Shown here piece by piece: positions 1-10,436 of a stretch of 64,000 nt of DNA. This DNA comes from an uncultured Acidobacteriota bacterium. Lineage in GTDB: Bacteria > Acidobacteriota > UBA6911. The stretch spans positions 128,001 through 192,000 of the forward strand of contig CAWJKZ010000024.1 of assembly GCA_963843575.1 (NCBI GenBank). The letters run 5' to 3'. How positions within the stretch are numbered: the first letter of the stretch is position 1; each line of letters begins with the position of its first letter. Position numbers and translations under genes: made by a program. The notes under the pieces were generated by a model. That model was not told the DNA's origin, searched no databases, and saw nothing but the letters and a program-made list of their open reading frames with translations.

Positions 1-532
1 CCGCGAGCACCAGAACGACCGCGATCAGGGTGAGACCGCGCGCCAATGGGAGTTTCTTGAGCACGAGCCCGACCAGGATCGGCATCAGGAACGCGCCCAG
101 CCCGAAGAAGACGTTGCCGAAGTTATTGGCAGCCGCAGGGTTGTCGGGGTTGATGGCCGGGACGATGAGGGTGTTCCCGCCCGTGTTCAGCCCGCTCCCC
201 CCGATCCCGAGGACGATGCAGCCCAGGGCCGCCGAGCCGTACGACTTGGCGTTGCCGATGATGAGGATGCCGATGCAGGTGATCACGAACCCGAGCAGAA
301 TGGTCAGCCTGTGCCCGAACTTGTCGAGGAAAGGACCCGAGACCAGCACCATGATCAGGCTGGTGAACAGGAGCGCCGAGATCAACTTGCCGACCTGCGC
401 GTCGTTCAGGCTGAGCTTCTGCGCCAGCTTTAGCTTGATGGCGCCTATGAGCGACATGACGATACCAAAGCCGAAAACGCTGAGCAGAGCAACCCACGTC
501 ACCGCATGAGCAAACGGAGATCCAGGACCCAT
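1..532 (-). CDS. MFS transporter (5' part; runs off window start)
   Basis: Hand translation from ATG at 532 (RBS AAGGAG ~539-544): MGPGSPFAHAVTWVALLSVFGFGIVMSLIGAIK...GPFLDKFGHR (MFS motif A-like) with several hydrophobic helices; not in ORF track because it is open at the edge. Confidence 0.8.
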   Translation of the reverse strand, partial: MGPGSPFAHAVTWVALLSVFGFGIVMSLIGAIKLKLAQKLSLNDAQVGKLISALLFTSLIMVLVSGPFLDKFGHRLTILLGFVITCIGILIIGNAKSYGSAALGCIVLGIGGSGLNTGGNTLIVPAINPDNPAAANNFGNVFFGLGAFLMPILVGLVLKKLPLARGLTLIAVVLVLA

Positions 533-808
533 AACGCGCTCCTTGTCACGGTAAGAATGACTGCAGTTCCTGTAACGGCAGCACTATAGCGATCCCCCCC
601 ATCCCAATCCACATATTTCGTTTCGGGGCCGCGCCGGGCACGCTTGCGGGCATTTGCATGCCCTTCCCGGCCGGGCCAGGCGCGGGCGGACGGGACCCCT
701 CAGCGAGGCGGGCGAGGGCGCGGTCGTCACCCGCATTTTCTGAGGACGGGTTACGTTCATTCTGGTATAAGTACCCCCGGCAAACGCACATCAGAATAGG
801 GCGAGTAG

Positions 809-1825
809 ATGCAGAGCGACCTGATCCTCGTAGCGGGTGTTATTGGTGTTGCCCTTATCTTTGACTTTATAAACGGGTTCCACGACGCGGCGAACTCGAT
901 TGCCACGGTGGTGTCGACTCACGTACTGTCCCCCCGGGCGGCGGTGGCGATGGCGGCATTCTGGAACTTCGCCGCCGCTTTCTTCCTCGAGACGCGCGTG
1001 GCCGCGACCATCGGCAGAGACATCGTGCACCCCGAGTTCCTGGACCCGTACATGGTGATGTTCGGCCTCCTGGGCGCGATCATCTGGAATGTCATCACCT
1101 GGTACTACGGGCTGCCGTCGAGTTCGTCGCACGCCCTGGTGGGCGGTTTTGCGGGTTCGGCCGTCGCGCACGCCGGGCTGGCGGCGCTGAAGCCGGAGGG
1201 CTTCCTGAAGGTGGTCCCGTACATCGTGATCGCGCCGGTCGTCGGCCTGGTGCTGGGGCGCGGCATGATGGTGCTGATCAACTTCCTTTTCCGGGACTCG
1301 ACCCCCGGCAAGGTGGACCACATCTTCCGCCGGGGCCAGCTGGTCTCCGCTTCCATCTTCAGCTTCAGCCACGGCATGAACGACGCTCAGAAGACCATGG
1401 GCATCATCCTGGCCCTCCTGATCTCGGCGAATCTCGTTCCCGGGGGCGCGGGGGCGGCCTCCGCGCACGTGCCGCTGTGGGTGATCCTGTCGTGTCACGC
1501 CGCCATCGCGCTGGGCACGTACTTCGGCGGCTGGCGCATCGTGAAGACTCTCGGGATGCGACTCACCCGGCTGCAGCCGGTGGGCGGGTTCTGCGCGGAA
1601 ACCGGCGGCGGCGTCACCATCGTGTTCCTCTCCCTTTTCGGCATCCCCCTGAGCACGACCCACACGATCACCGGGGCCATAGTCGGGGTCGGTTCCACGC
1701 AGCGCCGAGGGGCCGTCCGCTGGGTCGTGGCGCGCAACATCATCTGGGCCTGGATCCTCACGATTCCGTGTGCCGCGCTGTTCGGGGCGCTCCTCGAATT
1801 CTGCATCAGGCCCCTGGTGCGCTAA
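809..1825 (+). CDS. pit: PiT family inorganic phosphate transporter
   Basis: GFHDAANSIAT and HGMNDAQKTMG signatures, PLSTTH; 338 aa hydrophobic. Confidence 0.93.
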   Translation: MQSDLILVAGVIGVALIFDFINGFHDAANSIATVVSTHVLSPRAAVAMAAFWNFAAAFFLETRVAATIGRDIVHPEFLDPYMVMFGLLGAIIWNVITWYYGLPSSSSHALVGGFAGSAVAHAGLAALKPEGFLKVVPYIVIAPVVGLVLGRGMMVLINFLFRDSTPGKVDHIFRRGQLVSASIFSFSHGMNDAQKTMGIILALLISANLVPGGAGAASAHVPLWVILSCHAAIALGTYFGGWRIVKTLGMRLTRLQPVGGFCAETGGGVTIVFLSLFGIPLSTTHTITGAIVGVGSTQRRGAVRWVVARNIIWAWILTIPCAALFGALLEFCIRPLVR

Positions 1826-1924
1826 CCCGTGGAGTGCGGCCCCCCCCGAGATAACGGTGCCGAGCTGCCCTTCATCGATGAAACCCTGGTGTGAACCGCG
1901 ATCTCCGCTGATAGAATCCGCCGG

Positions 1925-3310
1925 ATGAGAGCCCGGTTGACCCTTTTTGCCGCGGCGGCCGTGACCCTGGCCGCCGCCCTGACAGTGGCGAACGAGTACG
2001 GTCCGCTCGCCTTTCCTCCCGTCGTGACGCTGGCCTCGCGCTGGCTGGCCCTTGCGGCGCTTGCGCTGCACGCCGCGCAGCGCAAGTCGCTCACGACCTG
2101 GATACTGGTCAGCATGGTGATCGGGGCGGAACTCGGGCACGACTGGCCGGCAGCGGCGGTCAACCTGAGGGTGCTCAGCCTCGTCTTCCTGCGCATGATC
2201 AAGACGATCATCGCGCCGCTACTGTTCGCCACGCTGGTCGTGGGGATCGCCGGGCACCACGACCTGCGCCAGGTCGGGCGCATGGGCGTCAAGGCGCTCG
2301 TCTATTTCGAGGTCGTCACGACGATCGCCCTGTTCATCGGGCTCGCGGCCATCAACATGAGCAAGGCGGGGATGGGGGTTACGTTGCCGCCGGCCGCGAA
2401 GGCCGAACCGTTGACCGCGGTCAAGCAGACGCCCACCGACGTCATCCTGCACGTGTTCCCGGAGAACATCGCGAAGTCGGTCGCGGAAGGTCAGGTGCTC
2501 CAGATCGTGGTATTCAGCATCGTGTTCGGGATCGCACTGGCCATGCTGAGCGAGAGCAAGAGACGGCCCGTCCTGGCTTTCTGCGAGAGCCTGTCCGAGA
2601 CGATGTTCAAGTTCACGAACCTCGTCATGTATTTCGCGCCCGTCGGGGTGGGAGCCGCCATCGCGTACACGGTCGGGCACATGGGGCTGGGAATCCTGGT
2701 CAACCTGTTCAAGCTCCTCGCGACGCTCTACGTGGCGCTGGCGGTTTTCCTGCTCGGGGTGCTTTTGCCGGTCGCCCTGATGGCTCGCGTCCCGATTCGC
2801 CGGTTCGTCAAAGCCGTCGCCGAACCCGTGTCGATCGCGTTCGCCACGACCAGCTCCGAGGCGGCGCTGCCGCGCGCCATGGAAGCGATGGAGGCCCTCG
2901 GCGTTCCCCGCCAGATCGTAGCCTTCGTGATGCCTACCGGCTACAGCTTCAATCTGGACGGCACCACCCTCTACCTCTCGCTCGCCTCCGTGTTCGTGGC
3001 CCAGGCGGCGGGGATCCACATGACCTGGGGACAGCAGCTGCTGATGGTGTTCACCCTGATGCTGACCAGCAAAGGGGTGGCGGGGGTGCCGCGCGCGTCG
3101 CTCGTCATCCTGCTGGGCACGGCCGCGTCGTTCAATCTGCCGGTCGAGCCGATCTTCATCATCCTTGGCATCGACGAGCTGATGGACATGGCGCGCACCT
3201 CGGTCAACGTGCTGGGCAACTGCCTGGCGACGGTGGTGATCGCGAGGTGGGAAGGGGAATTCGGCCGCGAGCGGCCATCCGCGGTCGTTCGGGAGGCGCT
3301 CCCCGAATAG
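1925..3310 (+). CDS. Dicarboxylate/amino acid:cation symporter (GltP/DctA family)
   Basis: FATTSSEAALP, PTGYSFNLDGT, DMARTSVNVLGN motifs. Confidence 0.92.
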   Translation: MRARLTLFAAAAVTLAAALTVANEYGPLAFPPVVTLASRWLALAALALHAAQRKSLTTWILVSMVIGAELGHDWPAAAVNLRVLSLVFLRMIKTIIAPLLFATLVVGIAGHHDLRQVGRMGVKALVYFEVVTTIALFIGLAAINMSKAGMGVTLPPAAKAEPLTAVKQTPTDVILHVFPENIAKSVAEGQVLQIVVFSIVFGIALAMLSESKRRPVLAFCESLSETMFKFTNLVMYFAPVGVGAAIAYTVGHMGLGILVNLFKLLATLYVALAVFLLGVLLPVALMARVPIRRFVKAVAEPVSIAFATTSSEAALPRAMEAMEALGVPRQIVAFVMPTGYSFNLDGTTLYLSLASVFVAQAAGIHMTWGQQLLMVFTLMLTSKGVAGVPRASLVILLGTAASFNLPVEPIFIILGIDELMDMARTSVNVLGNCLATVVIARWEGEFGRERPSAVVREALPE

Positions 3311-3334
3311 CCTGTGCCCGTTCCAGGGCCGGGA

Positions 3335-4458
3335 TCAGGCGAACAGTTCCTGCGCCCTCCGCAGCCGGCGCACTACGTCCACACCGTTGCGGCACCGGAC
3401 GGCGCACGAGGAACAATCGCCGCAGTTCACGCTGCGGATGGCGGCGGGCAACTTGAGAAAGTGCTCCCGCCCCAGTGCGAACTGGCCGTAGCCGTCCGCA
3501 TAGGCGACATAGCGCAGCATGTCGGTCACCGGCAAGCCCTTCGGGCACTGGCCCGCACAGCGGTAGCACATGCGGCAGTACTCCGGCCGGATCTCATCCA
3601 GCCGCCGGGCCAGGAGCCGCTCCTCGGCCGGCTCCAAGGGCCCCGCCATGGCCTGGAAGTTCTCCTCCAGCTGTTCCATGTCGGTCATGCTCGGAATGGC
3701 CGTTGCGAAGTACGGTTTGCGGATCGCCCATTTCAGGGCCGCCAGGCCGGCCATCGGCCGCTTCATCTGGGGCCGCGGGTTGCGCGTTTTCAGCCCGCCC
3801 GCCATCACCTTCATCGCCACCAGGCCCAGCCCGGCCTTGCTGATGCGCTCAAAGGCGGCGTCGCGCGTGTCGCCATGGTGAAATTGTAGGTGGACAGCAC
3901 CACTTCGATCTTCCCGGTCTCCAGGATGCGGTCCACCATGTCGTTGGGCGAGTGCGTGCTCAACCCGATGTGGCGGATCTTGCCCTGCTGTTTGGCCTTG
4001 CACCAGGCCTCCACCAGTTCGTCCGGCACCTGCGCCGGTTTGTCCTTGCTGTGGATGTACCAGATGTCCAGGTAGTCGGTACCGATCTCCTTCAGGCTGG
4101 TTTCGAGCTCGGCGGTTGCCTCGGCGGCCGTCTCGGCCTCGGACTTGCTCGACAGCACGATGTCCTTGCGCCGGCCCTTCAACGCCGCACCCACCATGCG
4201 CTCGTTGTTGCCGCTCTGATAGCCGCGGGCGGTGTCGAAATAGGTGATGCCCATGTCGAGGGCCCGTGCGATCACGCTGGGGTCGGTGGTGATCATGGCG
4301 CCGAATCCCACCGTCGTTACCTTCAACCCGGTCTTGCCCAGCACGCGGTAGCTCAATTTCCCGGCTTCGGCCGGCGCCGCCACGGCGGGTAATGCCGCCG
4401 CAGCCGGCAGTGCCGCCGCACCCGCCAGGAAACTTCTGCGCGATTGTTCCAGTGCCAT
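3335..4458 (-). CDS. Tat-signal aldo/keto reductase with C-terminal Fe-S dicluster domain (one frameshift near 3875)
   Basis: N-half (ORF 3811..4695): SRRSFL, YRVLGKTGLKV, DTARGY. C-half (ORF 3335..4504): AMKVMAGG, CRMCYRCAGQCP, CGDCSSCAVRC. RBS AGGAG before ATG 4458. Confidence 0.85.
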
Positions 4459-4640
4459 GTCCAATCTCCTCGGTTGCTCTCGCTTCTCCGTGGCCGACCA
4501 GCAAAGCTGAACCTGCTCGCCGCTGCCCGACCTCTGGCGTCCCCCCGCTCCGACCGCCGGACCGGGAAGGATTATATCCCGGAACGCGCGAGGTACGATG
4601 AAATCCGCGGGTCCGCCCCGCGGCTCGGTTCGAGCCCGGT

Positions 4641-5864
4641 TTACGGGGTTTTTCCCGTCAGGCGGTCGAGCCGGTGCTGCAGTCGCGCGTGCCATTGACG
4701 GTACTGCTGCTGGGAGACGCGTCCCCCCTGGAGCGCCTCGCTCAGTTTGACGAGCGCCTCGCGCGTCAGGACGGCGGCCTGGCGCGCGTCCCGTGCCCGG
4801 TGCTCGTGGTATATGGCGAGCTGCTCGTAGGCCTCGATGCCGCCGGGCGCATCACCCAGGAGGTCGAGCCACAGGGTGTTCGCACGCTCGTGCTGCCCCG
4901 AGCGCTTCAAGATGCGGGCCAGCTCCCGTCGCGCGGAGCGTTCGGCGGCGCAGGGCAGCCCGGATTCCAGGGCGCGCTCGAACAGGCGGCCCGCCGTCTG
5001 CACTTCGCCCCGCCGCTGCATCAGCCGGGATATGCCGTAGAGCTCCGGGCCATCGCACGGCCCGGCGTCCGGCCGATCGAGCAGGGCGAGGAGGCGTACC
5101 GACAACGCGGCCAGCCCCTGCAGGTCGAGCTCGTTGTGGCGAAAGATCTCGGCCACGGGTTCGGCCGGGCCGCCGCGCAGGAAATCGAAATAACGGCGGG
5201 GAATCGTCTCCGACGGGATATCTCGTCCCCGGTCGAGCGCAAGGACGTGGCGCTCCAGCTCCGCGAGCGCCACCGAACGGAGGCGGAGGCGCCAGAGCTG
5301 GCGCGCGGGGTGGAGGAGGTCCAGGTGGACGGCGGGCGTGCGCTCGGGGCGCATCCGGTTCAGCCTGAAGCGGGTTTCGAGCAGCGGCCAGTCGAAGCAC
5401 TTGCCGTTGAAGGTGACCAGCACGCTGTGGGCGGCGAGTCGCCCGCTCAGCTCCGCGAGCAGCGACGGTTCCTCGCCGTGGTCGCGCATGAAGAGCTGTT
5501 CGACCTCGAGCCCGCCGTTTTCCCACCAGGCCAGTCCCACAAGGAACGCGTAGGTCCCGCTCCCTCCGGCCAATCCGGTCGTTTCCGTGTCCAGGAACAG
5601 CCACGTGTGCGGGTCCGCCGCCTCTTCCGCCCGGGGCGTGAGCAGGCGCAGGGCCTCGGGAGTGACGCGACCGGCGTAGGGGTGCGTCAGCCGGCGGCGG
5701 ACGGCGAGGTGCGGGCCCAGGCCGTTGAGCCGCTCTTCGGCCGAAAGGATCTCGGCCAGGCGCGTGCGGGATGCCGAGGGCGGCTCGGTGGGCGCCTGGG
5801 GCGCCCGCGGGGTTGCGGGGCGAAGCGCCAGTATTCGGGATAGCCTGTCGCTTGTGCCGGTCAT
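4641..5864 (-). CDS. RNase H-like (RNase_H_2) exonuclease with TPR-like C-terminus, YprB/MrfB-like
   Basis: FLDTETTGL, TFNGKCFDWP, HLDLLH, HNELDL (DEDD-type); ATG 5864 overlaps the helicase stop (ATGA). Confidence 0.88.
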   Translation of the reverse strand: MTGTSDRLSRILALRPATPRAPQAPTEPPSASRTRLAEILSAEERLNGLGPHLAVRRRLTHPYAGRVTPEALRLLTPRAEEAADPHTWLFLDTETTGLAGGSGTYAFLVGLAWWENGGLEVEQLFMRDHGEEPSLLAELSGRLAAHSVLVTFNGKCFDWPLLETRFRLNRMRPERTPAVHLDLLHPARQLWRLRLRSVALAELERHVLALDRGRDIPSETIPRRYFDFLRGGPAEPVAEIFRHNELDLQGLAALSVRLLALLDRPDAGPCDGPELYGISRLMQRRGEVQTAGRLFERALESGLPCAAERSARRELARILKRSGQHERANTLWLDLLGDAPGGIEAYEQLAIYHEHRARDARQAAVLTREALVKLSEALQGGRVSQQQYRQWHARLQHRLDRLTGKTP

Positions 5865-8229
5865 GGTTCGATCAGGCATGCGAGCAGGGCCAGGGCCGCC
5901 TCTTTGGCGCGGTCCCCGGTTTCGCCGGCGGGCCCGACGCAGGAAGGGCATCCCTTCTCGCACGGGCACGCCACGATCAACTCCCTGGTGCGGCGGACGA
6001 GCGCGTCGTGCATGCCGTACAGCGGCTCGCTCAACCCTATCCCGCCGGGGTAGGCGTCGTAGAGATACAGCGTCGGTTCGAAAAACTCCTGGACGGCTCC
6101 GGGACCGCCGCCCCCGCACGCGCCGGGCGGGGATCGGGACCGCCGGCGTCCTCGCCTCCCTCTCCGATCGCCGTCCCGAGGTCCCGCCGGTCGCACATGA
6201 GCAGCAGGCTGGCGATGGATTCGAGAGCGTGCAGCAGGCCGAACATCCCGTCCTGGCGTTCGGACACCGTGAAGGGAAGCGAGACGAGCATGCTCCGGCT
6301 CAGCTTGATCCAGTAGGCGGTGGTGTGCATCTCGTTCTCGGGCAGTTCCAGCTTGCCCGAGCCGACGTTCTCGAGGGTGAAGAACTTGATTTTCTTGAAA
6401 CCGACGACCTGCGAGCGCACCAGCACGTCGCCGTGGGCGCGCAGCGCGGGGCCGGCTACGCCCTCCTGCTGCTCGACCTCGAGCGGTTTGACCTGGGTGT
6501 AACGGATCGCGTCGGTGAAGTAATCGACGTCCACTCGCCGCACGTAGGCCTTGCGCTGATCGAAGTCGAGGCGATCGACGTGGTACTGCTGGCCGTCGTG
6601 AATGTAGATCGCCTTCGGGTGGACGGTCGTCAGCGCGCTGGTGAAGTCGACCTCGCCGATCACCTCGGGGGCGTCGGTTTCGTCGATGATCACGAAGTTG
6701 TCCGACGAGATCGAGCGCAGGCTGATAGTGTCGGCGGGGTAGGCGTCCTGCGTCCAGTACCAGAACGCACCGGTGCGGTGCAGGTAGCCCGCTTCGGCCA
6801 GCCGCTCGCAGAGAGCCTCCAGGTCGGCCGCGCCGAACTTCTCGGTGCCCTGCAGCGGTAACTCGAAGGCGGCGCACTTCAGGTGATTGACCAGGATCTC
6901 GAGGTTGTCGGGCTGGATGTAGGCGTGTTCCGGGGTGCCGCCGAAGAAATAGTCGGGATTCTTGACGATAAACTGATCGAGAGGGCGGGAAGACGCCACC
7001 AGCACGGCGCAGGAGAGCCCGGAGCGTCGGCCCGCGCGCCCGGCGCGCTGCAGGGTCGACGCGATCGTGCCGGGGTAGCCCGCCATGACCGAGATGTCGA
7101 GCGAACCGACGTCGATGCCGAGCTCGAGCGCGTTGGTCGCCACCACGGCCCGGATCTGCCCGTTGCGCAACCCCTGCTCGATCTCGCGACGCTGCAGCGG
7201 CAGGTAACCGCCGCGGTAGCCCCGCACCGTTTCGTGAGCGCCCGGGGACACGGGGTTGGCCTGCTTCAGATAGGTCAGCAGCACCTCCGTGTGCAGCCGG
7301 CTGTTGGCGAACACGATAGTCTGGAGGCCCCGTTTGACGAATTCCTGCGCGAGCCGCCACGTCTCGTTGATGTAGCTCCTCCGAATGCCCAGGAACCGGT
7401 TCACCACGGGTGGATTGTAGAAAACGAAGTACTTCTCCGCCGAAGGGGCACCGTTGCCCTCAACGACCTCGACCTCGGTCTCCAGCAGCCGCCGCGCCAG
7501 GTCTCCCGGGTTGGCTATGGTCGCCGACGAGCAGATGAACTGGGGCTGTTGCCCGTAGAAGTCCGCGATCCTCTTCAGCCGCCGGAGCACGTTGGCTAGG
7601 TGGCTGCCGAAAACGCCCCGGTACATGTGCAGCTCGTCGATGACGACGTAACGGAGATTCTCGAACAAACGGGTCCACTTCGTGTGGTGGGGCAGGATGG
7701 CCGAGTGCAGCATGTCCGGGTTGGTCAGGACCACGTGCCCGCGCTGCCGGATCGACTGGCGCGCGTCGGTGGGGGTGTCGCCGTCGTAGGTGAAAACCCC
7801 AAAGGCGTCGTGGAGGCGCTTTCCCAGGTCCTGCAGCTCGCCCAACTGGTCCTGCGCCAGCGCCTTGGTCGGGAAAAGGTACAACGCGCGCGTGTCGGGG
7901 TTCTCCAGGATCGAGTTGAGTACCGGCAGGTTGTAGCACAGCGTTTTGCCGGAGGCGGTCGGCGTGATCACGACCAGGTTGCGGCCGCGGCGCGCGAGGT
8001 CGGCCGCACGCGCCTGGTGCGAGTAGAGCTGAACGATCCCCTTGGCGCCGTAAGCCTCGGAGAGCTCCGGGCGGACCCAGCCCGGGACCGGCGCCCATTC
8101 GGCTTCCCGGGCCGGCTGGTGGCGCACCGCCGTCACGACCTCGTTCGTGTGATCGCGCGCCGAGATTTCCTGTAGCGCTTCCCGGACACCGAGTTGGGTC
8201 GAGCCTCGTTTGGAGGGGACAGTTGACAT
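5861..8229 (-). CDS. DEAD/DEAH-box helicase with DUF1998 Zn domain, YprA/MrfA/Hrq1-like (frameshift near 6100-6140)
   Basis: TPTASGKT, PTKALAQDQ, DELH, SATIANP, QRAGRAGR; C-terminus YDAYPGGIG...CPCEKGCPSC lies in the shifted frame ending 5861. Confidence 0.92.
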
Positions 8230-8233
8230 CTCA

Positions 8234-8248
8234 CTTCACCTTTTGTTC
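8234..8248. promoter_or_regulatory. Candidate LexA (SOS) box, GTTC-N7-GTTC type
   Basis: CTTC-ACCTTTT-GTTC (one mismatch) just upstream of the helicase ATG; minus-strand TTGACA at 8267-8272. Confidence 0.5.
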
Positions 8249-8650
8249 ACCCCAAGGTAACACGCGTGTCAAGCTGCCGGAACGACGCTGGACACCGGCA
8301 GTCCGCCGCGTGCCCTAACGGATGAGGTAAAACCCGGTCTGGCGGCCGTCGACCCACTGCCAGCCGCCGCCGAGCTGCAGGGCGTCGGATTCTAGCACAG
8401 CGGCCGGCCCCGGGAATGAATTGAACCATCGGAGCCGCCGGCATGATCTGACTAACAGAATTCTGATATGCTGATAACTGCGGAGCCTGAGTCAGGGAGG
8501 ATAACTCCGAGCTTCATTGAAAACCCTGGTAACCCTCGAGGCGAGTCCCGCGGCTCACCTCCGGACTCGAAGCGCCCGCGAAATCACCGGTCCGGTTGTG
8601 GCCGCCGGCCGCGCTTGAACCGCTTGAAATCCATACCCAGGAGGGCTCAG

Positions 8651-9877
8651 ATGGACTCGAGACACGTTTGCGTTTTTCGCACTCTTTTTTTGTCGGTTGT
8701 CCTGTCCCTGGCCGTGCCGCTGCTGGCTCAGGGCGACAAGGTTGTTCCCCAGGTGCCCGACGGTGTGGGTTCCGACGGCACCGTGTTCCGCACGAAATTC
8801 GACATCACCAATCTCAGCCCCGTGGAGAGGATCACGAAGACCAAGATTCTGTTCTTTCAGCAGAATGGGTCGGCGTGGACCGTACCGACCAACTTCGGTA
8901 ACGTCAGCGAGATCTCCTTCGACCTCGGAGCGTTTCAGACGATCCGGGTCGAGACGCTGGGGACGCGCAGCCTCGCCTCGGGCTACGCCATCGTGCGCAG
9001 CCTGGAAGGGGCGACGAAGTACCCGGAGGACTTCCAGTGTTCTGTCACCGTGTTTTACGAGATCCTGAAGGGGACCAGCGTGATCGACACCGTGAGCGTA
9101 CCCGTCGGGCAGCCAACCCGCGCGTGGATTTTCCCCGCGGAGACCGAGGTCGGCCGGAACCTGCTGACCGGTTTCGCCATCGTCAACCTGAGCAACCAGC
9201 AGAATGCGGTGAAGCTGTCGTTGTACGGCGCGACGACTCCGACTTCCGGCGCCGCCTCACAGGTGGCCAAAGACGTGGCCCTGCAGCCGGTCCTGGCTGC
9301 CCGGGAGCAGCGGGCGGCCTTCCTTAACCAGCTCGTTCCCGCCGCCGGCTCGTTCAAGGGCATGGTGCTGGGATTGTCGGACGCACCGGTCGCGATCCTG
9401 GCGCTGCTGCAGAGCCCCACGCCGACCGGGGTGCAGTACGCGACCATGGTCCCGTCATACGCCGACGCCCTGCGCCGCAACACATTGACGTACCTGAGGG
9501 AAGGGCTTTCGCTCGACGCCGACGTCCCCATTTCGGATTATTTCGAGACGACCGACGACGATTTACCCTGGGACGTGCTCTACCAGACCATCAGCACCAC
9601 TACGCGCCGGCTGATGCCGTGGGCGGGTGGCTCGGTCGCCGTGATCGGCGAACGCACCAGTCCGCAGTTCGACACCGAGGTGACGCTCCCGTATCTGCAG
9701 GGCCTCTCGTACACGCAGAACCCGATCGACATGAGCAACGGCTCCTCGTCACTGAAGGAAAGCGTCACGCTGGCGATCAAGACCGGTCTGGGGCGGTTCG
9801 TCAAGATCCGGATCGCGAACGTGGTCGAGCGCGGCACCGCGCGGGATCTCGTGCTCGAGGTTTTCGTCTACCGCTAG
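8651..9877 (+). CDS. Secreted hypothetical protein
   Basis: RBS AGGAGG before ATG 8651; signal peptide LFLSVVLSLAVPLLA-Q; beta-rich segments (FDITNLS, TGFAIVNLS). Confidence 0.75.
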   Translation: MDSRHVCVFRTLFLSVVLSLAVPLLAQGDKVVPQVPDGVGSDGTVFRTKFDITNLSPVERITKTKILFFQQNGSAWTVPTNFGNVSEISFDLGAFQTIRVETLGTRSLASGYAIVRSLEGATKYPEDFQCSVTVFYEILKGTSVIDTVSVPVGQPTRAWIFPAETEVGRNLLTGFAIVNLSNQQNAVKLSLYGATTPTSGAASQVAKDVALQPVLAAREQRAAFLNQLVPAAGSFKGMVLGLSDAPVAILALLQSPTPTGVQYATMVPSYADALRRNTLTYLREGLSLDADVPISDYFETTDDDLPWDVLYQTISTTTRRLMPWAGGSVAVIGERTSPQFDTEVTLPYLQGLSYTQNPIDMSNGSSSLKESVTLAIKTGLGRFVKIRIANVVERGTARDLVLEVFVYR

Positions 9878-9929
9878 AAGCGTGGGCCGCGGCGGCCCGC
9901 CGCAGCCCGGGGTTGGTTGCGTCGGTATT

Positions 9930-10436
9930 TCAGCCGGCAAGGGCGCGCAGGATGGCGGGCGTGAGCAGCCACGCCAGGCTCCCCTTCGGCACGGGCTGGG
10001 TTTCGTCGAGGTCGATCGCGCAGGCCCCCCCCTTCTTCAGCTCGACATAGTGCTCTGCGGAGCCCCAGGCGACCTCACCGGCGATCTCTCCCAGGGAAGG
10101 CTGGTGGCCGACGAGTACGACGCACTCGAGGTCGCGGCCGGCCGCCAGGGCGCGGTAGACCTCCGGCCGCCGCCCGCCGGGGGCCAGGGCGTCGAGCGTT
10201 TTCAGCGGGGGCTTGTGCTTCACTGAATAGGCTTGCGCCAGGATATCCGCCGTCTGTCGGGCGCGCGCCAGGGGACTGGTCAGGATCAGGCCGGGTGCGG
10301 GCTCGAGCATGCGGAGCCCGCCCGCCACCTTGTGCATTTTGGCCATGCCTTCCGCGGTGAGGGGACGGTCTTCTTCCGCAACTCCGGGAGTGCCGTGCGC
10401 GACCGCGATGCCGTGTCTCAGAATCACGAGTCTCAT
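9930..10436 (-). CDS. sixA: Phosphohistidine phosphatase SixA
   Basis: MRLVILRHG, RPLT, SPLARARQTA, LVGHQP; start overlaps CHAD stop. Confidence 0.9.
   Translation of the reverse strand: MRLVILRHGIAVAHGTPGVAEEDRPLTAEGMAKMHKVAGGLRMLEPAPGLILTSPLARARQTADILAQAYSVKHKPPLKTLDALAPGGRRPEVYRALAAGRDLECVVLVGHQPSLGEIAGEVAWGSAEHYVELKKGGACAIDLDETQPVPKGSLAWLLTPAILRALAG

Noticed and set aside
5861-8229. DUF1998 helicase as a DISARM/Druantia defence system
   Set aside because: No methylase, DrmA, PLD or Dru partners; the neighbour is a YprB/MrfB-like exonuclease
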